Positions 34,932-44,617 of a stretch of 64,000 nt of DNA are shown piece after piece. Origin of the DNA: Polyangiaceae bacterium. Lineage in GTDB: Bacteria > Myxococcota_A > Polyangia > Polyangiales > Polyangiaceae. The position numbers and the translations under genes were made by a program. Location of the stretch: contig JANXOF010000021.1 in NCBI GenBank assembly GCA_025353725.1, positions 20,945-84,944 on the forward strand, given 5' to 3'. Under the pieces are notes generated by a model that saw nothing but the letters and a program-made list of their open reading frames with translations, had not been told where the DNA came from and made no database searches. How positions within the stretch are numbered: position 1 is the stretch's first letter; every line of letters begins with the position of its first letter.

Positions 34932-37673
34932 CTACGTCGCCTCGTCTAGCGCCGTGCTGATGTCAAGAGATACCATCCGCAAAAGTGCGTCGTTCGACAG
35001 CTCGGTGAGCAACATCTCGCCCCCGCCATTGAGGACGTCATCCGAGAGGCCCTTCTTCGACGCAATGAGGGCATCGATTCGCTCCTCGACCGTGCCTCGG
35101 CAGACGAGCTTGTGGACGAGGACGTTGCGCTTCTGGCCGATGCGGTAGGCACGATCCGTCGCCTGATCTTCGACAGCCGGATTCCACCACCGATCGAAGT
35201 GGATCACGTGCGAAGCCGCCGTGAGGTTCAAACCGGTGCCACCCGCCTTGATCGAAAGGACGAAGAACGGCGGCCCCAGGTCCGATTGGAACGCGTCGAC
35301 GAGCTTTTTCCGCTCCTTCACCGGCGTTCCCCCGTGCAGCACGATGCCGGGTCGAGCGAACACGGTTGCAAGGAACCGCGCGAGCGGCTCGGTCGTCTCG
35401 CGAAACTGCGTAAACACGAGAACCTTCTCCTGCCGCTCCGCCAGCGGCTCGCAGAGCTCGCGGACGCGCGCCAGCTTGCCGCTCGCCTCGGGATCCCACG
35501 CGCCGTCGCCGAGCCACTGCGAGGGGTGATTGCATATCTGCTTGAAGCTCGTGAGCGCGGCAAGAACAGCGCCTCGGCGCGCGATCCCCTCCGCGAGCGC
35601 TAGCTTCTGACGTAAGGCTTCAACCGCTTCCGAATAGAGCGCCGCTTGCTTCTTCGTAAGGTGACAGAACGTGCGCACCTCGGTCTTGTCTGGGAGATCG
35701 GCGATGACGCGCTTGTCGCTCTTGAGTCGCCGCAGGATGTACGGGCGTACGAGCTCGCGTAGAGGCGCGTATGCATCGTTCTCGCGCTTCGCAAGCACCT
35801 TCGTGACCGCACCGAACTGCTTCGCGCTCCCCAGCAACCCAGGCGAGAGGAAGTCGAACAGCGACCACAGATCGCCAAGATTGTTTTCGATCGGCGTACC
35901 CGTCAATGCGATGCGCGTGCGCGCACGGAGGGCTTTGACCGATCGCGTTTGCTTTGCGCCCGGGTTCTTGATCGCCTGCGCCTCATCGATCACGACGACG
36001 TTCCAGTCACGCTCCCGCATCCACGGCGTGCGCTGAAGCGTGCCGTAGGTCGTCAGCACGGCGTCGACGCGATCGAGGCACCGCGCGGCCAAGCTCGCGA
36101 GCTCGCCACCGGACATGACCGACGGATGGGCAACGACGAAGTCGAGGCTCGGCGCGAAGTGCGACGCCTCCGCCGTCCAGTTCGCGAGCAGCGAGGCGGG
36201 CACCACGAGCAGGCTCGGAAGCGCCCCGGTCGTCTTGTCGTTCTCGCGAGCTCGCTCTCGCTTGACGAGCAGAAGGAGCGCCAGCACCTGAATCGTTTTG
36301 CCGAGCCCCATGTCGTCGGCGAGGCAGCCGCCGAGGCCGATGGTGTGAAGCCAGTGGAGCCACGTCAGTCCGACGCGCTGATACGACCGGAGCTCGGCGC
36401 GGAGCTCGGCCCCCGGGTCGGCCGCGGCGAGTCCCTCGGGCGAGCGCAGGCCATCGAGCACGGAGGCGAGCCACGGGCCGGCTTCGATCCGCGACCACGC
36501 AGCACGGTCTTCCTTGGTTTGTTGAACGGCCCCGCTCGTCCCGTCGATGGCGCCTGCCAGCAGTCGCATGCTTTCGAGGAACGAAAGCCCGGCGCTTGCG
36601 TCTGCTTTAGCAACCTTCCATTGCTCGAGGACTGCGGCGAGCTTCTCGCGGTCGATCTCGACCCACTGGCCCTTGACGAGGCGTAGACCGCTCGTGCCCT
36701 TCAACAGATCGCGCAGCTCGCCGGGAGAGAAGATGTCGCCTCCAAGCGTCACGTCGACCGAGAAGTCGAGCAACGCGTCGGAACCGACCGTGGACGGCGA
36801 CTTCGCGCCGACCGTAACTCGCACCTCGGGACGCGGAGCCCTCCGCGCGGTCCACCAGTTCGGAACGCGTACGACGACGCCGCTCTCTTCGAGAATAGGC
36901 ACATCGCGGAGGAACTCGTGCGCCTCCGCCGGGCTCCACGCAAGCGGATGATAGATCTCGCCACTCTCGACCATCGCTCTTATGAGCGCGCTCCTTTCGC
37001 TCGCGCGCTGGACGGGCGTGAGGAGCGCGAGCAGCGCCCTCCTGTCCTCTGCCCCCGCCGACTCCTCGACGGCCTTGCCGAGCGGACGATGCTGCGGCTT
37101 GGCCTGCGCGGATACACGCGTGATGTACGTGGCAAGGAAGGCGAAGGGAGCTTCCGTGCTCGCCTTGTTCTCGGCGAGATGGAAGTAGACGCGACCGACG
37201 AGGTTCCAGACCTGGTTCTTGGCCTGCAGGTAGGAGGCGACAGTCCCGCGATACTTGCGAAGATCGCGCTTGAACCAACGTTGCGTGTCCTGCCAGAGAT
37301 GGCCGAGGTTCTCGGCCGTGACATACTCCGCGCCGCGCATCGGCGGCACGGCCCGCGCGAGCTCTTCGAGGCGGCCTTGCCTCGGGACGAGGTCGACTTC
37401 GTGACGCAGCTCCTCGAGCGCGGGTTCCGCACAGAGCGCTGCGACGAAGTCTCGCGCCAGCTCGCGAAAAAACGCGTGCGCCGGCGGGAGCGCAGCGGAC
37501 GTCTCGACGGCGCCGAGATGGAAGAGGCCGCCACCGGGATCGTCAGCAAAGGCACGCTCGAAGCGCTCGGCGGCGTCCGGCACGACGGGCTCGTCTCCCG
37601 CGACAACGTCTACGTAAAGAAGACCGTGCGGCGAGAAGGCGAGAGGTCTCACGGGCGGCTCATCGTCTAGCAT
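34932..37673 (-). CDS. SNF2-family ATPase/helicase (HelZ/YwqA-like)
   Basis: LRSYQ, LADDMGLGKT, DEAQ, LTGTPIEN, QICNHP, FTQF, GGTGLNL, QATDRAYRIGQ; start likely ATG 37673; 2 bp upstream of the SWIM gene. Confidence 0.95.
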   Translation of the reverse strand: MLDDEPPVRPLAFSPHGLLYVDVVAGDEPVVPDAAERFERAFADDPGGGLFHLGAVETSAALPPAHAFFRELARDFVAALCAEPALEELRHEVDLVPRQGRLEELARAVPPMRGAEYVTAENLGHLWQDTQRWFKRDLRKYRGTVASYLQAKNQVWNLVGRVYFHLAENKASTEAPFAFLATYITRVSAQAKPQHRPLGKAVEESAGAEDRRALLALLTPVQRASERSALIRAMVESGEIYHPLAWSPAEAHEFLRDVPILEESGVVVRVPNWWTARRAPRPEVRVTVGAKSPSTVGSDALLDFSVDVTLGGDIFSPGELRDLLKGTSGLRLVKGQWVEIDREKLAAVLEQWKVAKADASAGLSFLESMRLLAGAIDGTSGAVQQTKEDRAAWSRIEAGPWLASVLDGLRSPEGLAAADPGAELRAELRSYQRVGLTWLHWLHTIGLGGCLADDMGLGKTIQVLALLLLVKRERARENDKTTGALPSLLVVPASLLANWTAEASHFAPSLDFVVAHPSVMSGGELASLAARCLDRVDAVLTTYGTLQRTPWMRERDWNVVVIDEAQAIKNPGAKQTRSVKALRARTRIALTGTPIENNLGDLWSLFDFLSPGLLGSAKQFGAVTKVLAKRENDAYAPLRELVRPYILRRLKSDKRVIADLPDKTEVRTFCHLTKKQAALYSEAVEALRQKLALAEGIARRGAVLAALTSFKQICNHPSQWLGDGAWDPEASGKLARVRELCEPLAERQEKVLVFTQFRETTEPLARFLATVFARPGIVLHGGTPVKERKKLVDAFQSDLGPPFFVLSIKAGGTGLNLTAASHVIHFDRWWNPAVEDQATDRAYRIGQKRNVLVHKLVCRGTVEERIDALIASKKGLSDDVLNGGGEMLLTELSNDALLRMVSLDISTALDEAT

Positions 37674-38060
37674 GGATCGCGAGGACAATCCGCGCGGCTT
37701 GTCGTGGCGCCTGTCGACGACGATACGCACCCTAAGTGTGAATGGCGGGATTTCGCCAATCATCTAAAGTGCCAGAACGCCACCGTCGAAGCGAAGCTCG
37801 AAGTGGTCACGCGAGCCTTTGCGACGCGCTCCGAGAAGATGGGCGCGACGTCGAAAATGGCTCGCCCACGGCGGAAACCTCGACCGCTTTCGAGCGAGCG
37901 AAGCGCTGCACCGCGAAGTCGACAGACCATGCGGGCATTGACGGAAGCCGCTTTCCCATCCGTCGGTTCGCTCGTGACGCACGGGGCACGCAGCGCACGT
38001 CGACGCCAAAAAGCTCGAAGTCATATCTCTCGGGCGGGCGGTTCGGTATGACGCGTCTCC

Positions 38061-39200
38061 ATGCCTCCTAAGTCGCCACGACGAGACGCGTCCAAACGCG
38101 GTGGAACGGGGCGGAAGCCCGTTGGCATCGCGCCCACGTTGCTTCTGGAGCAGGTAAAAAGCACGGCCCACTGGGCGTTTGCGCTCGACCCGCCTCTGCC
38201 TTCCGCGGAGGTTCTCCTGAAGGCACAGGAGATCGAAAAGCGATGGTGCAAGGGCGAGGACCCTGAGAGCTACTTCGTTTGCCTTTTGGCGGCTCACTTC
38301 ACCACCGTGGCCACCTTCGTACCGACGGACGTCGACGTGCGGATCCGGCAGCACGCGTGGGCCGCGCTCTCGGGTAAGGTCCTCGCTTCGGCGGTCGATC
38401 GCGTCGAGGAGGTCGCGCGCTGGGACGTGCGGCCCGTGTCGGCGCGTTATGTCGTCGTCGACGGAGACGTACTCGCAGGTCATCAGGGCGAATGGCTAAG
38501 CGTGATGGCAGGCGCACTCGGCCGAGCGCTTTCGCTGTCCGACGCGGCGGTCGTAGAGCGCTGCACGGCGTGGATTGAGGCCGAACTCGCACGAGAGGCA
38601 AGGCTCGTGACGTTGGCCCGCAAAGAGAGTGACGACGCACAACTCCTGTCGCTCGTGACCACCGTGGCCCACAACCTTGGCGATCTCTCGCGCGTGGTCG
38701 ACACGTGGTCTCCATCGCATGCGGCGTCGGAGCTCGGCCTCCGCTACCAGCGGCTCGGCCATGAAGACGGGGCGCGCTTCGGGGGTTCTTTCGTGTTCGC
38801 TGGCGAGCTGAATAAGCTCCTCATGGCCAAAGAGAATCACAGGTTTCTCCCGCTTCGCGTTCCACGGGCGCTTCGGCGCGAACGCGCGTTCTTACTACCC
38901 TTCGGGCCATACTTTTATGAGTGGGGACGGCGGATTGGCCAAACCAAGCTCCTCGAAAACCAGGAGCGTGCAGAAGTGTTGCTCGCGCTGCTACGCGTCC
39001 ACGAGCGGCGCACTGACGAGCTGGGGTGTCTACGGGCGATAACCGGCCTCCACGCAGGCTTTGAGGGCGGCATTGACAAGCTCGCGCGGCTCTTGCCGGC
39101 CGGGCAGAACGTCGGAATGCACCTCCCCGGAGTTCGCGTCGCCCTTCGCGTTGCGGAGAAAGACTTTCTCTCCAAGTTCCACTCCGCGATAACGCGCTGA
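38061..39200 (+). CDS. Conserved-looking hypothetical protein
   Basis: Long ORF with coding bias; motif-like blocks AHFTTVATFVPTDVD, GHQGEW, AHNLGDLSR, ENHRFLPLR, LLPFGP. Confidence 0.75.
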   Translation: MPPKSPRRDASKRGGTGRKPVGIAPTLLLEQVKSTAHWAFALDPPLPSAEVLLKAQEIEKRWCKGEDPESYFVCLLAAHFTTVATFVPTDVDVRIRQHAWAALSGKVLASAVDRVEEVARWDVRPVSARYVVVDGDVLAGHQGEWLSVMAGALGRALSLSDAAVVERCTAWIEAELAREARLVTLARKESDDAQLLSLVTTVAHNLGDLSRVVDTWSPSHAASELGLRYQRLGHEDGARFGGSFVFAGELNKLLMAKENHRFLPLRVPRALRRERAFLLPFGPYFYEWGRRIGQTKLLENQERAEVLLALLRVHERRTDELGCLRAITGLHAGFEGGIDKLARLLPAGQNVGMHLPGVRVALRVAEKDFLSKFHSAITR

Positions 39201-39274
39201 CGACAAGGTGACCGACGGAGTACGCCTCTGTGGTCAAAAGCGCTTCGACGTACGACGGCACGCTAAACGTGCGT

Positions 39275-40672
39275 TTAGCGTGCCGTCGGCGGGATAAGCG
39301 CTTTCGCGAGTTCGGCATAGAGGTGCACATTCGCTTTCACGGTCTTCGTATACACGCCAATGTGCATCGACTCGTTGGGGCCGTGCGCGCCCGTTTCCGG
39401 GTCGATGACGCCATTGAGTACGAGCGGCAACCGCGCGAATCGCTTCCCGAACATCGCGACGAACGGGATAGAGCCTCCGACGCCGATGCGCAGCGGCGTT
39501 CGCCCCCACGCGGCCAAGTACGCTCTGTCGGCAGCCTCAAAGGCGGGACCTGCGGCGACGTAGTCCCATGACGAAGAGCCGCCAGGGAGCTCACTAATGG
39601 TCACGGCGAGTCCGCCCGGAACGTTGCGGTCGAGTTCGGCCTTCACGAGCTCGAACAGTTCCGCCGAGGTTTGGCCGGGGGCAACGCGCAAACTCAGCAT
39701 CGCGGAAGTCGATTGGCGGATCGCGTTTTTCTCTCGGCCGGGCGACGGAAACGTTGTCGAGAGCACGGTGACCGCCGGTTGACGCCAGGCCCACGCCGCG
39801 GGTGAGAGCCCACGATCGGGCAGCGGGGCTATGCCGTCTAAAAGCCGCGCGCCACTTCGAATCACGTCCGGAGTGAGTGGAACGTCGTGGGAGTGCGCGA
39901 GCCAAACGGGGTCTACGTCGCGGCGCCCGAGTCGCAAGCGACCGTCGACGTCGACCAAGCGCGCGAGGAGCGCTATCAGCGTCGTGGCCGAATCGGGTAC
40001 GACATTGCCCCATAATCCGGAGTGAACATCGCTTTTCGCGCTCGCGACACGTACTTCGATTTCGAGCAGACCGCGCAAACTCACCGTGAGACCAGGGATA
40101 TCCACGCTCGGGTTTTCGCAGTCCGTGAGCACCATCGCGTCGGCCGTGAAGGCGTCCGGATAGGCCTCCATAAACGCCTCGAGGTTCGGGCTCCCGATTT
40201 CCTCCTCCCCCTCCAAAAGGAGTTTCACGTTGCAGGGCAGACTCCCCGTCTCTTTGAACCACGCCTCGATGGCGACGAGGTGACTCAGCCAACCGCCCAT
40301 GTCGTCCGCCGCACCGCGACCGTAGAGACGCCCGCCCTTGCGAACGAGCGTGTGAGGCGCCGTGTCCCACGCCTCACCCGCGACTGGTTGGACGTCAAAA
40401 TGACCATAAATAAGCAACGTGGGTGCGTTTGGTCCTGCGCTCAGCCATTCGGCGGCGACACAAGGGTGTGCCCCCGGAAGCTCGAGGAGACGCGCGCGCG
40501 TCATCCCAAGCGAGGCGAGGTCCCCCGCGAGGACATGCGCGAGTTCGAGCACCTTGCCCGCCGACTCGGGATCGCTCGAGATAGGCGCGTAAGAAAGGTA
40601 GCGAGCAAGACGCGTAAACGAGTCTTCGGCGGAGTTCTCGGCAAGCGCGGCGATGCGGAAAACGTCGGTCAT
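39275..40672 (-). CDS. M20-family metallopeptidase (dipeptidase-like)
   Basis: True start ATG 40672; YGHFDVQP, GRGAADDMG, EGEEEIGS, VHSG, GAHGPNE. Confidence 0.9.
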   Translation of the reverse strand: MTDVFRIAALAENSAEDSFTRLARYLSYAPISSDPESAGKVLELAHVLAGDLASLGMTRARLLELPGAHPCVAAEWLSAGPNAPTLLIYGHFDVQPVAGEAWDTAPHTLVRKGGRLYGRGAADDMGGWLSHLVAIEAWFKETGSLPCNVKLLLEGEEEIGSPNLEAFMEAYPDAFTADAMVLTDCENPSVDIPGLTVSLRGLLEIEVRVASAKSDVHSGLWGNVVPDSATTLIALLARLVDVDGRLRLGRRDVDPVWLAHSHDVPLTPDVIRSGARLLDGIAPLPDRGLSPAAWAWRQPAVTVLSTTFPSPGREKNAIRQSTSAMLSLRVAPGQTSAELFELVKAELDRNVPGGLAVTISELPGGSSSWDYVAAGPAFEAADRAYLAAWGRTPLRIGVGGSIPFVAMFGKRFARLPLVLNGVIDPETGAHGPNESMHIGVYTKTVKANVHLYAELAKALIPPTAR

Positions 40673-40727
40673 GGAGCCTCGGTAGCATAGGATAGCTGCG
40701 GTGTTCTCACGAAGGAACGGCGCGGCT

Positions 40728-40994
40728 TTGGACGATCGACGAGAAGGGCCTTTTGCGAACCCGCGCGACGTTACGCCCGACCAGTGCCTCATCGTGCGCC
40801 TTGGGCACGGGGCCAACTGTTCGAGCGTCGGGAGCGTCGTCGACACGCTGTTCGTGGGAGCGACCGTGGGCGGGGCCATTCTCGCCGCGGTCTGCGCCGC
40901 GATGAAGCACGAACCGGTCACCGTCGTCAGGCAACGACCAGCGAAGGACTCTACGGTTGCGGATGGTGCGGACAAGAAAAGCGAGTCAACGTGA
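40728..40994 (+). CDS. Small protein with RLGHGANCSS motif and one hydrophobic helix; possible radical SAM substrate
   Basis: GC3-biased ORF whose TGA overlaps the GTG of the radical SAM gene; start could be TTG 40728 or GTG 40701. Confidence 0.6.
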   Translation: MDDRREGPFANPRDVTPDQCLIVRLGHGANCSSVGSVVDTLFVGATVGGAILAAVCAAMKHEPVTVVRQRPAKDSTVADGADKKSEST

Positions 40995-42163
40995 TCGTTC
41001 GGTTTGAGCGTTGGGGCGCGTGGGTCAAGACCGAAACGGTGCCCGCTCTCGTCGCGCTCGACCGCGACGGCGTGCGCGCGTTGGGCCTCGACGGAGGCGC
41101 GGTTTGGCGCGAAGAAAGCCACGAGGCGAGCCCTCCTATCGAGGTTCACCTCGCCGTCACGTCGCGCTGCGGGGCGGGGTGCGAAGGGTGCTACCTCGAT
41201 GCGAAAGCCGACGGGGTCGAGCCGCCGAAAGCCACGATCGAACGCGCGCTCGACGCGCTCGCCGAAGCTGGCGTGTTCACGGTTGCTTTCGGCGGAGGTG
41301 AACCCACGCTGCGGGACGACCTCGGCGCTCTCGCGGAGGCTGCGCGCGCGCGCGGGCTCGCGCCTGTCGTGACGACGAGCGGCCTCGGGCTCGGACCGCG
41401 CAAAATCGAACAACTCCGGGCCTTTGCGCAAGTCAACGTAAGCTACGATGGCGCGGCGGAAGCCTATGAAAACGTGCGCGGTTTCGACGGCTCAGCGGCG
41501 GCGGAAACGGCCATTGCAAAGCTCGCGGCGGCGGGCATCAAAGTCGGGGTCAATGTAGTCCTCACGCGGAAGACGTTCGCCATGACCAAGGCGACGATTC
41601 GCCGCGCGGCGTCGCTCGGCGCGACGGAGGTTCAGCTTCTTCGCTACAAGCCGCAAGGTCGTGCGCGAAGCCTCGACTACCTCGCGAAGCGCCTCTCGGC
41701 ACCGCAAGCCGGCAGTCTCGGCGCGCTCCTTCGGGAGCTCGCGGCAGAACACGAAGGGCGTCTCACGGTGCGCATCGACTGCGCGCTCGTACCTTTTCTG
41801 TCCGCCGATCCCGAACTCGCCGCACGACCGAAAGACCTGCAGCGTTGGGGAGTCCTCGGATGCGAGGCCGGCGAAAAACTTGGCGCCACGCGCGTCGATG
41901 GCCGGGTGGCGCCATGCAGTTTCACGGCAGTGACCGCGCTGCATGTCGAGCAACTCGCGAGCGGCTGGTCGCGCGAGCCGAGCCTCGCGCCGTTCCGTGC
42001 GTACGCCGCGGCGCCGCCGGAGCCATGTGCATCATGCACACTTAGAGACGTCTGCAAGGGAGGCTGCAAGGTCGTTTCCGACTACGCGACCGGCGGCATC
42101 GGCCCCGATCCCGAGTGCCCCCGAGTACGCGCGCACGCCACCTCGGCGCCTCACGCGCCGTGA
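40991..42163 (+). CDS. Radical SAM/SPASM-domain enzyme (PqqE/MftC-like)
   Basis: CGAGCEGCY (CxxxCxxC), FGGGEP, TTSG; SPASM cysteines GCEAG, APCSF, CASCTLRDVCKGGC, PDPEC; start reassigned to GTG 40991. Confidence 0.9.
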   Translation: MIVRFERWGAWVKTETVPALVALDRDGVRALGLDGGAVWREESHEASPPIEVHLAVTSRCGAGCEGCYLDAKADGVEPPKATIERALDALAEAGVFTVAFGGGEPTLRDDLGALAEAARARGLAPVVTTSGLGLGPRKIEQLRAFAQVNVSYDGAAEAYENVRGFDGSAAAETAIAKLAAAGIKVGVNVVLTRKTFAMTKATIRRAASLGATEVQLLRYKPQGRARSLDYLAKRLSAPQAGSLGALLRELAAEHEGRLTVRIDCALVPFLSADPELAARPKDLQRWGVLGCEAGEKLGATRVDGRVAPCSFTAVTALHVEQLASGWSREPSLAPFRAYAAAPPEPCASCTLRDVCKGGCKVVSDYATGGIGPDPECPRVRAHATSAPHAP

Positions 42164-42501
42164 CGACGGAGCTAGGCGTGGCCCCAGACAAGAGCGAGCC
42201 GACGTCCGTACGCTTGGGTCTCGCTGTCGTTGCACTGTGCACGGCCAGCACGGCCCTCTACGCCATCCTTCGCGTCGGCCAAGCGTGCCTCACGCGCGAG
42301 CCGGACCCCGCCCTCGTTCTGTGGAGCGAGCACTCAGGTTTTTTTTGGCGAGCATGGACCGCAGCCTACGTCGGCGGGATGACGGCCTTCTTCGCGTGGA
42401 TGGCCGCGGCCCGTCACGCGACGCGGGTGGCTTCGTTCCTCGCTCGCGCGCTGCCCTTTGCGGCGGGACTGCTCGTCTTACAAGCGCTGTTCCTTCCGTA
42501 A
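42160..42501 (+). CDS. Small integral membrane protein (about 3 TM)
   Basis: GTGA-coupled to the radical SAM gene; three hydrophobic segments. Confidence 0.7.
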   Translation: MTTELGVAPDKSEPTSVRLGLAVVALCTASTALYAILRVGQACLTREPDPALVLWSEHSGFFWRAWTAAYVGGMTAFFAWMAAARHATRVASFLARALPFAAGLLVLQALFLP

Positions 42502-42948
42502 CGTCTTTCGCGTTCGAGAGCCCCGTCGGCAAGCAGCGTAGCTCAAGCGACTCTCTGGCTCGCCGAGCTCGGAGGCTATACCGGAAAGTCCTTCGGCGGA
42601 CCGCCCGGCACGCTAACCATCTCGCGCGACCTCGGAAAAGTCCGTGCCGCAGCAGATGCCATCGCCGCCCTCTTCGCGACCGATTCTGCGAAGCCATGCC
42701 GGCTGCAGCGGATGCGAACGTGTGTTGGAGCGAACATGTCGCGTCCGCATCGCGTGCGGAGGCGAGGTGGCGCTCCGGAATCGCGGTTGCATCGAACGCT
42801 GAAGGCGCAGGCGGGCGGAAGGTGGGCTGCGCATCGGATGCGGACGTCAAAACCGACCGGTGTCCGACCCCCGAGCGTCAACCGGAGTGCGACGCCGCCT
42901 GCGGCGTAGGCGGCGTCACCGAGGATGCGGCGCGAGAAGCGCGCGTCG

Positions 42949-44043
42949 TTAGAGCACCACGCCGACGAACACGGGCTCGTGGTCGAGGTCGACACCGAAG
43001 GCGCTGCGCACGCCGTCTCGAATCCTGCGGGCGAGCAGGAGCAAGTCGCCGGTCGTCGCCTCGCCGTGGGTGCTGCGGTTCGTCAACGCGAGAGCGTGCT
43101 TTGACGAAATCGCGACCGGGCCGAGCGCGAAGCCTTTTGCAAACCCCGCGCGCTCAATGAGCCACGCGGCACTGAGCTTGATGCGGCCCTCGGAGTCAGG
43201 AAAGAAAGGCATCGACTCGTTCGCCGCTAGCCTCGGCGTAACGCGCTCGAGAATTCTAGGAAAGTCCGCGGCCGCAACCGTCGGGTTTGTGAAAAACGAG
43301 CCCGCGCTACGCGTGTCGAGATCACCGTCGTCGAGCACCATGCCTTTGGCGCGACGAAGCGCCAAAACGGTACTGCGAACCGCCGCGAGCGGCGCACTCG
43401 CTCCTGGCGTTACGCCCAGTGCACGAGCAAGCTCGGCATAACGAACCGGCGTGCTGCTCGGTCGTGCCGCAAGCGCGAACGTCACACTGAGGATGACATG
43501 GGCCTGAGAGCCTCGAAAAAGGCTATTCCGATACGAAAACCGACACGATGCGCGGTCGAACTCCGCGATGCGCCGCGCCGCGCGATCCCACGTCCGAACG
43601 TTGACGATCGTTTCGCTAACGTCCTGACCGTAGGCTCCGACGTTCTGAATCGGAACGGCGCCCACAAGCCCGGGTATACCCGCCAAGCACTCGATGCCCG
43701 AAAGGCCATCGGCTACGCACCGCGCGACGAGGTCGTCCCACGGCTCACCCGCGGCTGCGGTGACGAGTACGGACTCGCCCGAGCCGACCGCTCGCGAGGT
43801 CGCGACGCCGCGCGTGGCCATCCGCAGCACGGTACCGTCGAAGCCGTCGTCACTCACGACGAGGTTGCTCCCTCCACCAAGAATGAGCAACGACTCGCCT
43901 CGCCCGTCGAGCACTCGGAGCGTCTCGAGGAGCTCCTGTTCTTGGTCGAGTGTGACGGCGTCAGTCGTGACGAGCCGACGCGCGGGACCGCCCAAGCGGA
44001 GCGTCGTCATCGACGCGAGCGGAACGTTCTCAACGACGCGCAC
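42949..44043 (-). CDS. murB: UDP-N-acetylenolpyruvoylglucosamine reductase
   Basis: TTLRLGGPA, LGGGSNL, IPGLVGAVPIQNVGAYG, FSYRNS, AGSFFTNP, SAAWLIE, HALAL, EP; start likely GTG 44043. Confidence 0.95.
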   Translation of the reverse strand: MRVVENVPLASMTTLRLGGPARRLVTTDAVTLDQEQELLETLRVLDGRGESLLILGGGSNLVVSDDGFDGTVLRMATRGVATSRAVGSGESVLVTAAAGEPWDDLVARCVADGLSGIECLAGIPGLVGAVPIQNVGAYGQDVSETIVNVRTWDRAARRIAEFDRASCRFSYRNSLFRGSQAHVILSVTFALAARPSSTPVRYAELARALGVTPGASAPLAAVRSTVLALRRAKGMVLDDGDLDTRSAGSFFTNPTVAAADFPRILERVTPRLAANESMPFFPDSEGRIKLSAAWLIERAGFAKGFALGPVAISSKHALALTNRSTHGEATTGDLLLLARRIRDGVRSAFGVDLDHEPVFVGVVL

Positions 44044-44302
44044 GGAACCCCTACCCTCTCCTGCCTTCAGAGCGAATACGAACGAAAACCGTTGCCTTGG
44101 ACTACCCCAGGAACATCGCATTCCGCGGGGCCGTTGGAGCGTTTTCGCGGCGCGCGTGGACTTCTTCGTCCAGCAAATCCTTGGGCCATTTGGGCTCTGC
44201 CATTCGTTGACGTTGCGGCACAAGGTATCACCTCCAAGAGGAAGGCGCCCGAGCCATCGACGCTAGGTTAGTCATCGAGACCGCGCGCAGGTGGAGCGCC
44301 AG

Positions 44303-44407
44303 GTTCGAACGGTCTACGTTGATTCGAGCGTAATCCCGCGCATGCTCTTTGGAGAAGCCGAACCGCTCACGCGCTGGAAGGAGATCGACAAGGCTTATAC
44401 GTCGCGT
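44303..44407 (+). pseudogene. N-terminal remnant of a PIN-domain (VapC-like) toxin
   Basis: TVYVDSSVIPRMLFGEAEPLTRWKEIDKAYTS resembles the YxDSS...LFGE...W PIN N-terminus; similarity is lost afterwards. Confidence 0.5.
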
Positions 44408-44617
44408 CCCACGCAGGTTGGTAACGTGAGAGCTTCTCGCAAGGCGACTCATTGTGCGTGCGGCGCGAACGCGCGTGCACTATGCACCTCGTGCACGATG
44501 CGACGCGGAACCAATCACGGCGTCGGAGCAACGCCCTCGCCGTCGCGGCGCACGACGTACGGGAGAGGGCCGCGCCGCGCGAGCCCTCGGAATGCGCGTC
44601 TTGCTTAGTTGACTGAC

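Noticed and set aside
39275-41431. 718-aa ORF call for the M20 peptidase
   Set aside because: The N-terminal ~250 aa overlap the plus-strand radical SAM operon; homology starts at ATG 40672.
42500-42948. GGAAAGTCC-like words suggesting RNase P RNA, and ORF 42576-42995
   Set aside because: Other universal RNase P elements (GGGTGAAA, ACAGAACCCGGCTTA) are absent, and the ORFs have no convincing motif; region left unannotated. An Infernal/Rfam scan would settle it.
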